Assembly (NCBI GenBank): GCA_028817795.1
Contig: JAPPOU010000118.1
Location: 1-51,898, forward strand
Direction of reading: 5' to 3'
DNA from: Alphaproteobacteria bacterium
GTDB taxonomy: Bacteria; Pseudomonadota; Alphaproteobacteria; Micavibrionales; UBA2020
Length of the DNA: 51,898 nucleotides
Under the pieces are notes generated by a model. That model made no database searches, was not told the DNA's origin, and saw only the letters and a list, made by a program, of their open reading frames with translations. The number at the start of each line of letters is the position of its first letter. The first letter of the stretch is position 1. Positions 1 through 9,742 of the stretch are shown piece after piece. The position numbers were made by a program, and so were the translations under genes.

Positions 1-372
1 CTTTATCATAGTTATGACAGTTGCGATATTACCGTGATCGATCTGCCCTGACAAGCGGATTTTATCGCCCTTTCTGGCCACGTTCAGCACGGTTGTATAG
101 GTCACAGGGTCGCGTGTCAGCTCGCCGCTGGCCGTTGTCAGGCAAAAATCAGCCTCGGCCTCTGATGGATCGGCGGTGGAGTCCATCTGCACCTCGGTCT
201 CGCTCAAGACGGTAAAACGGGTGCGCCACTTGCAGCCCTTTTTATCGACACGATGAGTTTCCCCGTTCACAATCTCGGTCTCCCCATCGCTTTGCATGGG
301 AACGGGGCCGGTATAGTCCGTCACGGTTGTGACGCGGTATGTGCCGTCGAGGTCTTGTGTTGTCAGGGTCAT
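1..372 (-). CDS. Hypothetical protein, 3' end runs off the window (not in the ORF track)
   Basis: ATG at 372 on the minus strand, preceded by SD AAGGAG. The frame is open to position 1: MTLTTQDLDGTYRVTTVTDYTGPVPMQSDGETEIVNG...LSGQIDHGNIATVITMIK. Confidence 0.75.
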   Translation of the reverse strand, partial: MTLTTQDLDGTYRVTTVTDYTGPVPMQSDGETEIVNGETHRVDKKGCKWRTRFTVLSETEVQMDSTADPSEAEADFCLTTASGELTRDPVTYTTVLNVARKGDKIRLSGQIDHGNIATVITMIK

Positions 373-470
373 AACGTGCCACTCCTTGAGCAATGCCTCC
401 GCATTCTATAATAATGTGTGTCTATAACAAAGTACGGCGATTCCTGTAGTGTGCAAAGAGAAAAAACGTT

Positions 471-3299
471 ATGACAATAGACTATAGCAAAACCATCCAG
501 CTTCCCAAAACCGATTTCCCGCGACGTGCGGGCCTTGCGCAAAAAGAGCCGCAGATTTTGGCGCGCTGGGAAAAGCAGGCGCTGTATAAAAAACAGCGCG
601 ATGCAGGCAAGGATCGTGAAAAATTCATCCTGCACATGGGGCCTCCGTTTGCCAACGGGCATATCCACATCGGCCATGTGCTCTCGACCGTTTTGAAAGA
701 CGTTGTGTGCCGCAGCTATCAGATGCTGGGATACGATGCGCCGCTGGTGCCGGGTTACGACTGCCACGGCCTGCCGATTGAATGGAAGATTGCCGAAAAA
801 TTCGCGAAAGAAAAAAAGAATATCGACAAGGATAACGATGCCATCACCTTCCGCACCGCCTGCCGCGAATTCGCCGCGCACTGGGTGGGCGTGCAGTCAG
901 AAGAATTTAAACGCATCGGCATTAACGGCGATTTTGAAAAGCCGTATGTCACGATGGAGCATGAATCCGAAGCGCTGATTGCGGCAGAGATTCATAAATT
1001 TTTGAAAAACGGATCGCTGTATCGTGGTTCACGCCCCGTCATGTGGTCGGTACCTGAGCAAACATCGCTGGCCGAGGCGGAAATTGAATATAAGGATATG
1101 ACATCGGATACGGTGTTTGTGAAGTTTCCGGTGAAGTCGGGGCCGGAGGCGTTGCAAGGGGCCAGCGTTGTCATCTGGACGACCACGCCATGGACGCTGC
1201 CGGGGAACAGGGCGATTGCGTATGGGGAAGAGCTTTCCTATGTCGGCATTGAAGCCAATGGCACAAAAATGCTGGTCTGCGCCGATTTGAAAGACGCCGT
1301 TTTGAAAGCTGTTGAAATTGAAACTGCCACAGAATTCTGGCGCGGCACGGGCAAAGACCTTGCTGACACCATCTGTCACCACCCCTTAAATGGACAAGGT
1401 TACGATTTTGACGTCCCCTTAATCGCAGGCGATTTTGTGACGACCGAAGCCGGTACAGGCTTCGTCCATATCGCCCCCGGCCACGGGGAAGACGACCACC
1501 GTGTTGGCCTTGCCAATAACATTGAAGTGCCAGAAACCGTGGGCGCGGATGGAAAGTATACCGACGACGTGCCGCTGTTCGCAGGCGCGGCGGTTTATTA
1601 CCCTGATGGCAAAAAAGGCCCCGCCAACAAACTAGTGATGGGAGCCATTGAAGAAGCCGGGCATCTGGTTGCCAAAAACCAGATCCGCCACAGCTACCCG
1701 CATTCATGGCGGTCGAAAGCGCCCGTAATTTTCCGCACCACGCCGCAGTGGTTTATTTCGATGGATAAAACAGGTTTGCGCGAAACAGCCCTGTCTGAAA
1801 TCAAAAAAACCCGCTGGGTGCCGCCACGCGGTGAAAAGCGGATTGGCAGCATGGTGGAACAGCGTGGTGATTGGAATATTTCGCGCCAGCGCGCATGGGG
1901 CGTGCCTTTATCATTTTTTATGCACGCGGAAACATTTGCGCCGCTGGATGATGATACAGTGCTCTCGCGCATTATTGAGATTTTCAAATCCGAAGGATCA
2001 GACGCATGGTACACCCGCCCCGCCAAGGATTTTCTGGGCGATGATTACAGCGATAAAGACTACGTGAAAGTCACCGACATTATCGACGTCTGGTTTGAAT
2101 CGGGATCGACGCAAAGTTTTGTTTTGGAAGCGCGTGATGATTTGCACCGCCCTGCTGATTTGTATCTGGAAGGATCAGACCAGCACCGTGGCTGGTTCCA
2201 GTCATCATTGCTGGTCGGCTGCGGTACACGTGGCAACGCACCCTTCAAGGCGGTTTTGACGCACGGATTTATCCTGGATGAAAAAGGATACAAGATGTCA
2301 AAGTCGCAAGGCAACGTAACCGACCCCATGAAAATCTGCGACCAGTATGGCGCGGATATTTTGCGGCTCTGGGTTGCGGGGTCAGACTATACTGAAGATG
2401 CCAAGTTCGGCGAGAGTATCTTAAAGGCGCAATCCGACATTTACCGCCGTATTCGCGGCACGTTCTGCTACCTGCTGGGCAGCCTTTCAGGTTTTGATGA
2501 AAAAGACGCCCTGCCCGTCGATAAACTCTCGGCGCTGGATCGTTACATGCTGCACCGCCTGCATGAAATGGATCAACTGGTGCGCCAGTGCATTCATGAT
2601 TTTGAATTCCAGAAGCTAATGACAGCGCTGCATAACTTTTGCGCGCGCGATTTGTCGGCGTTTTACCTCGATATCTGCAAGGACACGCTCTATTGCGATT
2701 CCGTCCACAGCGACAAGCGCAAGGCCGTTGTGACGACGCTCAACCATATCTTTGTGCGACTTGTGCACTGGCTCTCGCCCTTCCTGTGTTTCACCACCGA
2801 AGAAGCATGGCTGAACTACAAAGATGAAACGCTGGACAGCGGTAACAGCAGCATCCACCTGTCCACAGCGCCCGAAACACCTGCCACATGGCAGAATGAC
2901 ATTCTCGCAGCGCAATTCGCCGATGTAATCGCGGCCCGCAGTGTCGTGACAGGCGCGCTTGAAAAGAAACGCGCCGATAAAACCATTGGCGCATCGCTGG
3001 AGGCCGCACCGGAAGTTTATGTGACAGACAAAAAACTGGCCGAGAACGTTTCCGCCCTACCCTTTGCCGATATCTGCATTACATCAGACATCGCGGTTAA
3101 AACGGCTGACCTGCCGAAAGACGCCTTTACAGTCGAAGACGTCAAAGGCATTGGCGTTGTCTTCGTAAAAGCCGAAGGGGACAAGTGCGAGCGCTGCTGG
3201 AAATACCTGCCCAGCGTGGGGCAGGATAAAGACCACCCCACCGTCTGCGCGCGCTGCGCTGCAACCGTCAGCCGCGACGAGGAAAGCGCGGCCGCCTGA
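471..3299 (+). CDS. ileS: Isoleucyl-tRNA synthetase (type 1)
   Basis: GPPFANGHIHIGH (HIGH), GYDCHGLPIE, WTTTPWTLP, EGSDQHRGWF, KMSKS, and a C-terminal CERC...CARC zinc finger. Confidence 0.99.
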   Translation: MTIDYSKTIQLPKTDFPRRAGLAQKEPQILARWEKQALYKKQRDAGKDREKFILHMGPPFANGHIHIGHVLSTVLKDVVCRSYQMLGYDAPLVPGYDCHGLPIEWKIAEKFAKEKKNIDKDNDAITFRTACREFAAHWVGVQSEEFKRIGINGDFEKPYVTMEHESEALIAAEIHKFLKNGSLYRGSRPVMWSVPEQTSLAEAEIEYKDMTSDTVFVKFPVKSGPEALQGASVVIWTTTPWTLPGNRAIAYGEELSYVGIEANGTKMLVCADLKDAVLKAVEIETATEFWRGTGKDLADTICHHPLNGQGYDFDVPLIAGDFVTTEAGTGFVHIAPGHGEDDHRVGLANNIEVPETVGADGKYTDDVPLFAGAAVYYPDGKKGPANKLVMGAIEEAGHLVAKNQIRHSYPHSWRSKAPVIFRTTPQWFISMDKTGLRETALSEIKKTRWVPPRGEKRIGSMVEQRGDWNISRQRAWGVPLSFFMHAETFAPLDDDTVLSRIIEIFKSEGSDAWYTRPAKDFLGDDYSDKDYVKVTDIIDVWFESGSTQSFVLEARDDLHRPADLYLEGSDQHRGWFQSSLLVGCGTRGNAPFKAVLTHGFILDEKGYKMSKSQGNVTDPMKICDQYGADILRLWVAGSDYTEDAKFGESILKAQSDIYRRIRGTFCYLLGSLSGFDEKDALPVDKLSALDRYMLHRLHEMDQLVRQCIHDFEFQKLMTALHNFCARDLSAFYLDICKDTLYCDSVHSDKRKAVVTTLNHIFVRLVHWLSPFLCFTTEEAWLNYKDETLDSGNSSIHLSTAPETPATWQNDILAAQFADVIAARSVVTGALEKKRADKTIGASLEAAPEVYVTDKKLAENVSALPFADICITSDIAVKTADLPKDAFTVEDVKGIGVVFVKAEGDKCERCWKYLPSVGQDKDHPTVCARCAATVSRDEESAAA

Positions 3300-3300
3300 T

Positions 3301-4043
3301 ATGGTTGACGCACACTACGTGAACCCAAAGCTGGCGGAAGTTTACGATTACGACAGTGGCTGGGGCGAAGACCGCACATTTTACCTGAACCTTGCTGGCG
3401 CACCGCCACAGGATATTCTGGACCTTGGCTGCGGTACGGGCCTGTTATGCGATGCCCCTATGCCGCAAAGGGTCACACCGTGACAGGCCTTGACCCCGCC
3501 GCTGCCATGCTGGAGCGCGGCAAGAAAAAACCGCATGGCCACAAGATCAAATGGATTCAAGCCACCGCGCAGGATTTCACATCGGAAAAACGCTTTGATC
3601 TTGTCATCATGACAGGCCATGCCTTTCAAACCCTGCAGGACGATGTCGATGTTGTTGCCGCCCTGAAAAATGTACGGCAGCACCTAAAGCCGGGTGGTCG
3701 CTTTGTTTTTGAATCCCGTAATCCCAACATCGACTGGAAAGCACAATGGGATTACGACATGGATGTCACACTGCCCAGCGGCGCTGTTCATGAATCAAGG
3801 CGCTTTATCTTCATGCAGGACAGCCTCATGACCTTTGATCTGCTCTACACATTTCCTGACGAAACCCTGACATCACGCAGCATACTGCGCTTTGCCACGC
3901 ATACTGAAATCAAAAACATGCTGGAAGCAGTGGGTCTGCAGATTGAAAAAACAGAAGGGGATTGGGATGGTCAGGCTTTTAATGAAAGCCACTCACCCGA
4001 AATGATTTTTACGGCTGTTCCAGCGGATAGGACAGTTTTCTAA
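3301..4043 (+). pseudogene. Class I SAM-dependent methyltransferase split by a frameshift (or a sequencing error)
   Basis: ORF 3301-3483 carries motif I (ILDLGCGTG). The continuation YAAKGHTVTGLDP...FDLVIMTGHAFQ...LKPGGRFVFESRNP is in another frame (ORF 3447-4043). The switch is at the CCCC run 3455-3458. Confidence 0.8.
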
Positions 4044-4869
4044 AGGGCGCCGCCTGCGGCTTGGGTTCCGGCGCATAGGGCCAGCCCATAACGGCCGTAT
4101 TAAACTTTTGCGGCAGTGGCGGCGGGGTTTTACGTTCGATGCGTTCAATCTGCGCGGAAACGCCACCAGTCATTTTTGCTTCCATATCCAACTCTGCCAG
4201 TCTTTTTAAAGACATCGGCGGCGGCGGAATTTTTTTAACATCCTTCAGACTATCTGCAATCGCCCGTTCAATACCTTTACGGGCATATTCATCAAAAAGG
4301 GCTGTCATGGCAACGTTGCCCTTGGCCATGTCACGGGCGGTCAGGCCATTATCGCTATAAAAATCAACATCCGCGCCATATTTCACCAAACGCTTGGCGG
4401 TATCAAGGCAACCTGCCGCCGCCGCAATCATCAACGGCGTATTGCCCAGTGCATCCTGCGCTTCGATATTTGCACCACGGGAAATAAGATAACCTGCAAC
4501 GCCCACGTGCCCGCTTTCAATTGCGCGCATCAACGGCGTTGCGCCCATGCCATCACGCGATTCCAAAATGTCCGGTGCGTTCGCAAGCATATATTTGATC
4601 TGGCTTATATCATTTTTGGAGATCGCATCATCCAATTCCTGCTCACGCGCTGCGGCAAAGCTTTTGTCATCAGCGCCACTCAGCGCCGCGTACGATTCCG
4701 CATCACCCGTCAGCACAGCCAAACGGCGCAGCACAGGTGTCGTATCCACAACCGGCTTTGGCGTTTCTGCAGCAGGCGGAATAACCAACGTCGGGCGAAA
4801 CGCCTCATCCAGTGCGGCTTGCGGTACCCCCCAGTTCAGACGGGCCTTTATTGTCTCTAAAAACTTCAT
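4009..4869 (-). CDS. Ankyrin-repeat protein with Pro-rich N- and C-terminal regions
   Basis: GATPLMRAIESGH...GANIEAQDALGNTPLMIAAAAG...GADVDF...GLTARDMA repeats. It lacks the KIRR tail of the array genes. Confidence 0.9.
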   Translation of the reverse strand: MKFLETIKARLNWGVPQAALDEAFRPTLVIPPAAETPKPVVDTTPVLRRLAVLTGDAESYAALSGADDKSFAAAREQELDDAISKNDISQIKYMLANAPDILESRDGMGATPLMRAIESGHVGVAGYLISRGANIEAQDALGNTPLMIAAAAGCLDTAKRLVKYGADVDFYSDNGLTARDMAKGNVAMTALFDEYARKGIERAIADSLKDVKKIPPPPMSLKRLAELDMEAKMTGGVSAQIERIERKTPPPLPQKFNTAVMGWPYAPEPKPQAAPFRKLSYPLEQP

Positions 4870-4878
4870 GCCCCAAAA

Positions 4879-4893
4879 TTAACATAATTTTAA
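4879..4893. promoter_or_regulatory. Candidate CtrA-type box TTAA-N7-TTAA
   Basis: TTAA cataatt TTAA lies about 10 bp upstream of the ankyrin gene start at 4869 and matches the alphaproteobacterial CtrA consensus spacing. Confidence 0.45.
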
Positions 4894-5025
4894 GCGTGGT
4901 GCACGCTTCAAATTGCAAATACAAATATTATCAATACGTTATAAAAGTTGTTTTTCACCTGATACGCTCTATATGATGATGAAAGAGCTGATTTTTCATG
5001 AATACGCGAATCACCGGAGCCTTCA

Positions 5026-5583
5026 ATGACCCAACCTGCAACACACCCCGTTTACAACACAATCGATACCCTGAAAGAAGCATTGCCCGACTTCGCAAAA
5101 GACATTCGGCTCAACCTGTCCGCCGTTTTGAAAACAGATCCCAACAGCGGCCTTTCGCAAGAACAGGTACACGGTATCGCCCTGTCCGCCGCTTATGCCA
5201 CGCAGCACCCTGCAATTATAACAGCGCTAGAGGGTGAAACGGCAGGAACGTTATCTGATGCCGAAAAAAACGCGGCAAAAGCTGCCGCCACCGTCATGGC
5301 GATGAACAACGTGTATTATCGGTTTATTCATCTGGCAAAAGATCAAGAGCTTGCGCAAATGCCGGCAGGGTTGCGCATGAATGTGATTGGCAACCCCGGC
5401 ATTGAAAAAGCCACGTTTGAGCTGTATTCGCTTGGCGTGTCTGCCATCAATGGCTGTGGTATGTGCATTGAATCGCACACAGCCGCCGTACAGCGCGAAA
5501 GCATATCAAAAGCAGGCGTGCAGCATTGCGTGCGCATTGCCGCTGTCATTACAGCAGCGGCGCAAGCACTGGCCATCAATTAA
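5026..5583 (+). CDS. ahpD: Alkylhydroperoxidase AhpD (CMD family)
   Basis: LPDFAKDIRLNL, MAMNNVYYRF, and FELYSLGVSAINGCGMCIESH with the CxxC-H catalytic motif. Confidence 0.92.
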   Translation: MTQPATHPVYNTIDTLKEALPDFAKDIRLNLSAVLKTDPNSGLSQEQVHGIALSAAYATQHPAIITALEGETAGTLSDAEKNAAKAAATVMAMNNVYYRFIHLAKDQELAQMPAGLRMNVIGNPGIEKATFELYSLGVSAINGCGMCIESHTAAVQRESISKAGVQHCVRIAAVITAAAQALAIN

Positions 5584-5598
5584 AAAAGGAGTTACAGC

Positions 5599-6057
5599 AT
5601 GAGCATCAAAAACGATAACGCCGCGATTATTAACGCCCTTTCTTCCGTTCTGGCGGATAGCTACCTCCTGTATCTCAAAACACAAAACTTTCACTGGAAC
5701 ATCACAGGACCGCAGTTTGCATCTCTGCACAGTTTATTCCAAACACAATACGAAGATCTGGCCGTTGCGAATGACGATATTGCAGAGCGTATACGGGCAC
5801 TGGGGGCACTTGCGCCGGGCAGTTTCGCTGCGTTTTCACAGATGGCCAAAATCAGCGAAGCCGGTGATGCTCCCTTGTCTGCGACAGAAATGCTCGAAAC
5901 ACTTGCCGCAGATCAGGACGTGATTGCGGCAACCGCCGAGGAGGCTATGAAACTGGCGCAGGAAACGGGTGATGAAGCGACGGCAGACCTGATGATTCAG
6001 CGCATCACGACGCACCAGAAAAACCGGTGGATGCTAAAAGCGCACCTCGAATCATAA
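5599..6057 (+). CDS. dps: Dps DNA starvation/stationary phase protection protein
   Basis: LYLKTQNFHWNITGPQFASLH, DDIAERIRALG and HQKNRWML. SD AAGGAG upstream. Confidence 0.95.
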   Translation: MSIKNDNAAIINALSSVLADSYLLYLKTQNFHWNITGPQFASLHSLFQTQYEDLAVANDDIAERIRALGALAPGSFAAFSQMAKISEAGDAPLSATEMLETLAADQDVIAATAEEAMKLAQETGDEATADLMIQRITTHQKNRWMLKAHLES

Positions 6058-6073
6058 ACGCGTAAAAAGAAGA

Positions 6074-6925
6074 TTACGGCAGGGGAACGTCTTTGACCTG
6101 CGTCTTGCTGTCATCGTTTTCGTCACGCACAAAGGTGACGACAATTTTGCCGCCTTGCGCATTGGGCGGCAAATTGCTGAGCACAAATGATTTCTTGACC
6201 AGATCAACTTCGCGGTAAAGACGGACCCATTGTCCTTCAACAATTGGCACAGCCTCTTGCCCGGCTTTCTCGTATTGGGCGCTCAAATATCCAACGGCCT
6301 CGGCATTGCCCGTACGGTTAAAGGAAACATTAAGCTGCTTTAAATCTGCATGTTTTTCAGACTTGCCTAAAACAACATCCCCCAAAGAGACGTCAGATTC
6401 AATTTTGCCCTGCTGCACAACAATCGGCACGGCAACGCCGTAAAGGGTACGAATTTCAAACGTGGCCTTTTTCTCTGTTTCCTTGCGCTCTTTTTGCAAA
6501 TCGCGCTTGTCCTTCACGCTCAAAGGCACCTCGCGGAACAAAAGGTGGCTGTGATAATCACCATCCGCCAAATCTCTTGGTCGGCGCACCATGACGCGCA
6601 CGGCCTGTTTTTCATTTGGCTTCAAAGAGAAACGGCGCGGCACAAACTTGACCATGCGCTTCAAGGAATATTCAAATGTATCTTTACGCTCGGTAATACC
6701 GTTTTCACCCATCACCTGATCAACCATCGTCAGGTCATAGCGGCGCGGCACATCAGAGTTGTTGGCGACGCTTAAAACAGCCGTTGCCTCCCCATCTGGA
6801 ATCAACACACGGTGCGGCGCGACAAACAAGACGCTGCCCTGCATGTGCTGCGCAACGGCAACAACAGCCGTCATGCAATAAAATAGCGCCGCCAAAACGG
6901 CCAAAGTTCTGTAACTGCGATGCAT
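6074..6925 (-). CDS. PapD-like pilus/fimbrial assembly chaperone domain protein
   Basis: Signal peptide followed by VAPHRV, PRRFSLKPNEKQAVRVMVRRP-DL-DGDYHSHLLFREVP and YGVAVPIVV. Confidence 0.7.
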   Translation of the reverse strand: MHRSYRTLAVLAALFYCMTAVVAVAQHMQGSVLFVAPHRVLIPDGEATAVLSVANNSDVPRRYDLTMVDQVMGENGITERKDTFEYSLKRMVKFVPRRFSLKPNEKQAVRVMVRRPRDLADGDYHSHLLFREVPLSVKDKRDLQKERKETEKKATFEIRTLYGVAVPIVVQQGKIESDVSLGDVVLGKSEKHADLKQLNVSFNRTGNAEAVGYLSAQYEKAGQEAVPIVEGQWVRLYREVDLVKKSFVLSNLPPNAQGGKIVVTFVRDENDDSKTQVKDVPLP

Positions 6926-7031
6926 CAAGTGTTAAACCCCCAGCACTCCATCTCCTTGGATTATAACGCCTTAAAACAATAATGTCATACAAAAATGTTA
7001 ATGTAACACCTATTTTTATTTTCATATACAA

Positions 7032-7583
7032 TTACTGTGGCGGGTTTCTAGCAAGGCGCACATACCACGCCCCCGTACCGCCATCTTTTTGGTGTGCAGG
7101 CACGCAAGACAACACAACCCGCCCACAGTCCCCTTCCGCTAACCATTGCGGTAACAGGGTGCGCAAAACCCCCGTCCCTTTACTGGGGGTGCCCCGGCCC
7201 GTGACGATAAGCACGGTCCGCTTTTTTTGTTCATAACATTTCAAAATAAAAGAACGGACAGCCTTTTGCGCCCCTTCCCGTGTCATGCCATGCAAATCCA
7301 ATTTCATGTCTATGTTAAACTGTCCGCGCTTCAATCGTCGTGCCGTCGCGCCATCCAATGTACGCGCACCGCGTGGCGCGGCAGGTAAAGGCGGGGCAAT
7401 GGACCGGGGGCGCAGTGCCGCCGTTTTTCGGGTTTTCCGTGAAGGCTGTGCGGGTTTTTGCGGCGCAGAATCATAGGGCTGGACCGTTGCCGTAACCTCT
7501 GCCCAAACAGCCTTATCCGCTTCCAGCGCAGTATTTTTATCTGCCCCGGCCTCTTTTTTGCCTTTGTCTTTGTCTTTTTCCAT
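7032..7583 (-). CDS. Smr/MutS2-domain protein
   Basis: KLDLHGMT, VLIVTGRG and GGTGAWYVRL. Confidence 0.92.
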   Translation of the reverse strand: MEKDKDKGKKEAGADKNTALEADKAVWAEVTATVQPYDSAPQKPAQPSRKTRKTAALRPRSIAPPLPAAPRGARTLDGATARRLKRGQFNIDMKLDLHGMTREGAQKAVRSFILKCYEQKKRTVLIVTGRGTPSKGTGVLRTLLPQWLAEGDCGRVVLSCVPAHQKDGGTGAWYVRLARNPPQ

Positions 7584-7684
7584 CTGTCCAGAAAACCTCG
7601 TTAACCAATTTTGTGCTATAATTATGAAGACAGGTCAATCTGAAGGCGCTGGGCATAGCCGCGCCTCGAAGGGGTTATGAACAG

Positions 7685-8455
7685 ATGACAGCACAGAGAC
7701 AAAATGCATATTTTTCTTTTTGCCTTCTTCTCTTTGCTTTTTTGGGTGTTGTAGCTACGGCTGCACCGACACAGGCTCAACTTTTCATTCCCGGCGCAGA
7801 TGTTGAAAAAGGGGATAGATTGCGGGAGACAACGCCCGAAAGGGTCGCACTTCTCTATTACAAATTCGCCGGAAAAACGCCTGATTTTAAAAGCTGGGCC
7901 AAAAAAGATGAGGCCTATCTCAAGGCATCGGACTACGAAAAGCCGCTGCTACTGGGGCAAATCGCGGCACGCTACCAGCAGGACTTCAAGCTTATCACCC
8001 CGAACGAAGAAATGATTGCGCATTTCGAGGCCAAGCTAAGCGAATTCAATTTTGAATATGAAGGCTATCTTGTCGAAAACTTCACGCTCGACATGTTCAT
8101 CCCCTTTACGTACAGAGGCATCAACATCGCCGTTGTTCCAAAGGATATCGTGGAAAAGAAATTTCTTCCCATTCCGGACCTGCGCACGGCAAAAAAAATA
8201 GACGACATGCGTCATAAAAGCCCTGACAAGCACACAGCCACGCTGACCTTCAAGCTCGAACCTGCCTATGCAGAAGTCACCGACAATACGCGCCCTTTTG
8301 TCATAGACGGAAAATCCTGGGTTATCATGACGGCCAATATCCTTGAAATGGCCTTTTATGATGATGAGGGCAACACGATATGGAACAATAATAAACAGGC
8401 AGATGAGACAATCGTGACAGAAGAACGTAACGAGCTTTTAGATCTCTATCGCTAA
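7685..8455 (+). CDS. Exported hypothetical protein (possibly DUF4852-like)
   Basis: Sec-type signal peptide ending AQA and a 256-aa ORF. Extended -10 TGcTATAAT at 7614-7622 upstream. The family assignment is from recollection only. Confidence 0.6.
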   Translation: MTAQRQNAYFSFCLLLFAFLGVVATAAPTQAQLFIPGADVEKGDRLRETTPERVALLYYKFAGKTPDFKSWAKKDEAYLKASDYEKPLLLGQIAARYQQDFKLITPNEEMIAHFEAKLSEFNFEYEGYLVENFTLDMFIPFTYRGINIAVVPKDIVEKKFLPIPDLRTAKKIDDMRHKSPDKHTATLTFKLEPAYAEVTDNTRPFVIDGKSWVIMTANILEMAFYDDEGNTIWNNNKQADETIVTEERNELLDLYR

Positions 8456-8616
8456 AAAAGCTGCCCTATTGCACCACCCAAAAAACGCAACGACAATCAA
8501 GTTTAGGGCACAACCTTTGCTTTAAGGGGTTGTGCTAGGCCTATGCGCATAAGATACTGTCTTTGATGCTTGCTTAATTGCTGGCTGGCAGCGATACCAC
8601 GCGGAGTGATGGCGAC

Positions 8617-9264
8617 ATGCAAAAGAAAAAACCGCTTTTAACCATACGACCCGTTTTTGATAGCGGGCTGGTGTCCGTGGAAGCGCTGCTGATCGGCGCT
8701 GCCGGAACGGTGGGGCTGGTTCTGTTTGGGGGCACGCTCCTTTTTCTTTTACTGACTCTGCTTGGCCTTGGCGGGCTGGTTTCCGCCAGCGGCGTTTTTA
8801 TTTTTTGTTTCGTGATAGGCATCGCGCTTATTCCGGCAGGATATTACGAGGCAAAAAAACGCGCCTATCGGCGCACGGCCTTTCTGTTCTACGAGAGTCA
8901 CTTTGAATATCAGGATTTCCGTTTCCTGATAACGCGGCGGCGCGGGCGCATCCGCTATGAAGACATCAGCAATATTTACGAACGCGGCAATACACTGCAA
9001 GGGCATCGTACACTCACATCTGTTTATATAGAGGTGCCGGGCATGCCCCATCGCGGCATAGGTATTTCTTATAACCCCAACGCGTTTCGCGGCGTATACA
9101 TTCCGGACGTCAAGGAAAAGGGAAATTACGGGGACAAAATCATAGCGGTAATTGAGGGGCCACAACAAACAGCGGCAGATAACGCATCGCCTGCCCCCGA
9201 ACAACCGCCCACGCCCAATACGCCAGCAGCAGACACACCTGAAAGCCATGACAGCGAAGACTGA
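8617..9264 (+). CDS. Membrane protein with a bacterial PH-like domain
   Basis: Two long hydrophobic segments, then RRTAFLFYE...IRYEDISNI, and a Pro-rich tail. Start chosen at ATG 8617 after GGAG. Confidence 0.6.
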   Translation: MQKKKPLLTIRPVFDSGLVSVEALLIGAAGTVGLVLFGGTLLFLLLTLLGLGGLVSASGVFIFCFVIGIALIPAGYYEAKKRAYRRTAFLFYESHFEYQDFRFLITRRRGRIRYEDISNIYERGNTLQGHRTLTSVYIEVPGMPHRGIGISYNPNAFRGVYIPDVKEKGNYGDKIIAVIEGPQQTAADNASPAPEQPPTPNTPAADTPESHDSED

Positions 9265-9742
9265 GCCAAAACTACGCTTTCATTCTTCTTTTTTCTGGCC
9301 TGGATTGTGCAAGCGGCATCCCTACAGAACCCTGTCCGGTATCCTGATATTCCTGTTTTTTGCAAGGGATGCCTATCTTTGGGGCGGCGCAGGCGCGGCG
9401 TTGACCTTGTTCATTTTGACAACAGGCATTCTGTTTGTCGCACCCACCATTCTCTGGGCCTTGGACTGCCGTTATACGGCCTATACGTTTTTTTCCGACA
9501 GACTGGAAATGCAGGAACATTTCTTTTTAAGCGATAAAGCAAAGATTCCCTATCACACCATAACATCTGTCAAGGTCAAGCCGTCTCCTTTACAAAAAAG
9601 AAAGGGGCTGGCTGACATTATCGTGAACTGCGAAACCCGCACCGGGCAAACATTTACGCACATATTGCCGGACGTAGCCAATGCGCGCCAAAAGGCACAA
9701 CAGATCAAAAAACTTGTTTCAGATTTCAGGCACCAAAACTAA
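9248..9742 (+). CDS. Bacterial PH domain (bPH_2-like) membrane protein
   Basis: Two TM segments, then YTAYTFFSDRLE...IPYHTITSVKVKPSPLQKRKGLADIIV. Confidence 0.65.
   Translation: MTAKTEPKLRFHSSFFWPGLCKRHPYRTLSGILIFLFFARDAYLWGGAGAALTLFILTTGILFVAPTILWALDCRYTAYTFFSDRLEMQEHFFLSDKAKIPYHTITSVKVKPSPLQKRKGLADIIVNCETRTGQTFTHILPDVANARQKAQQIKKLVSDFRHQN

Noticed and set aside
4913-4935. Fur/OxyR-type box upstream of ahpD-dps
   Set aside because: Only a loose AT-rich resemblance, with no convincing dyad or ATAG-N7-CTAT spacing.
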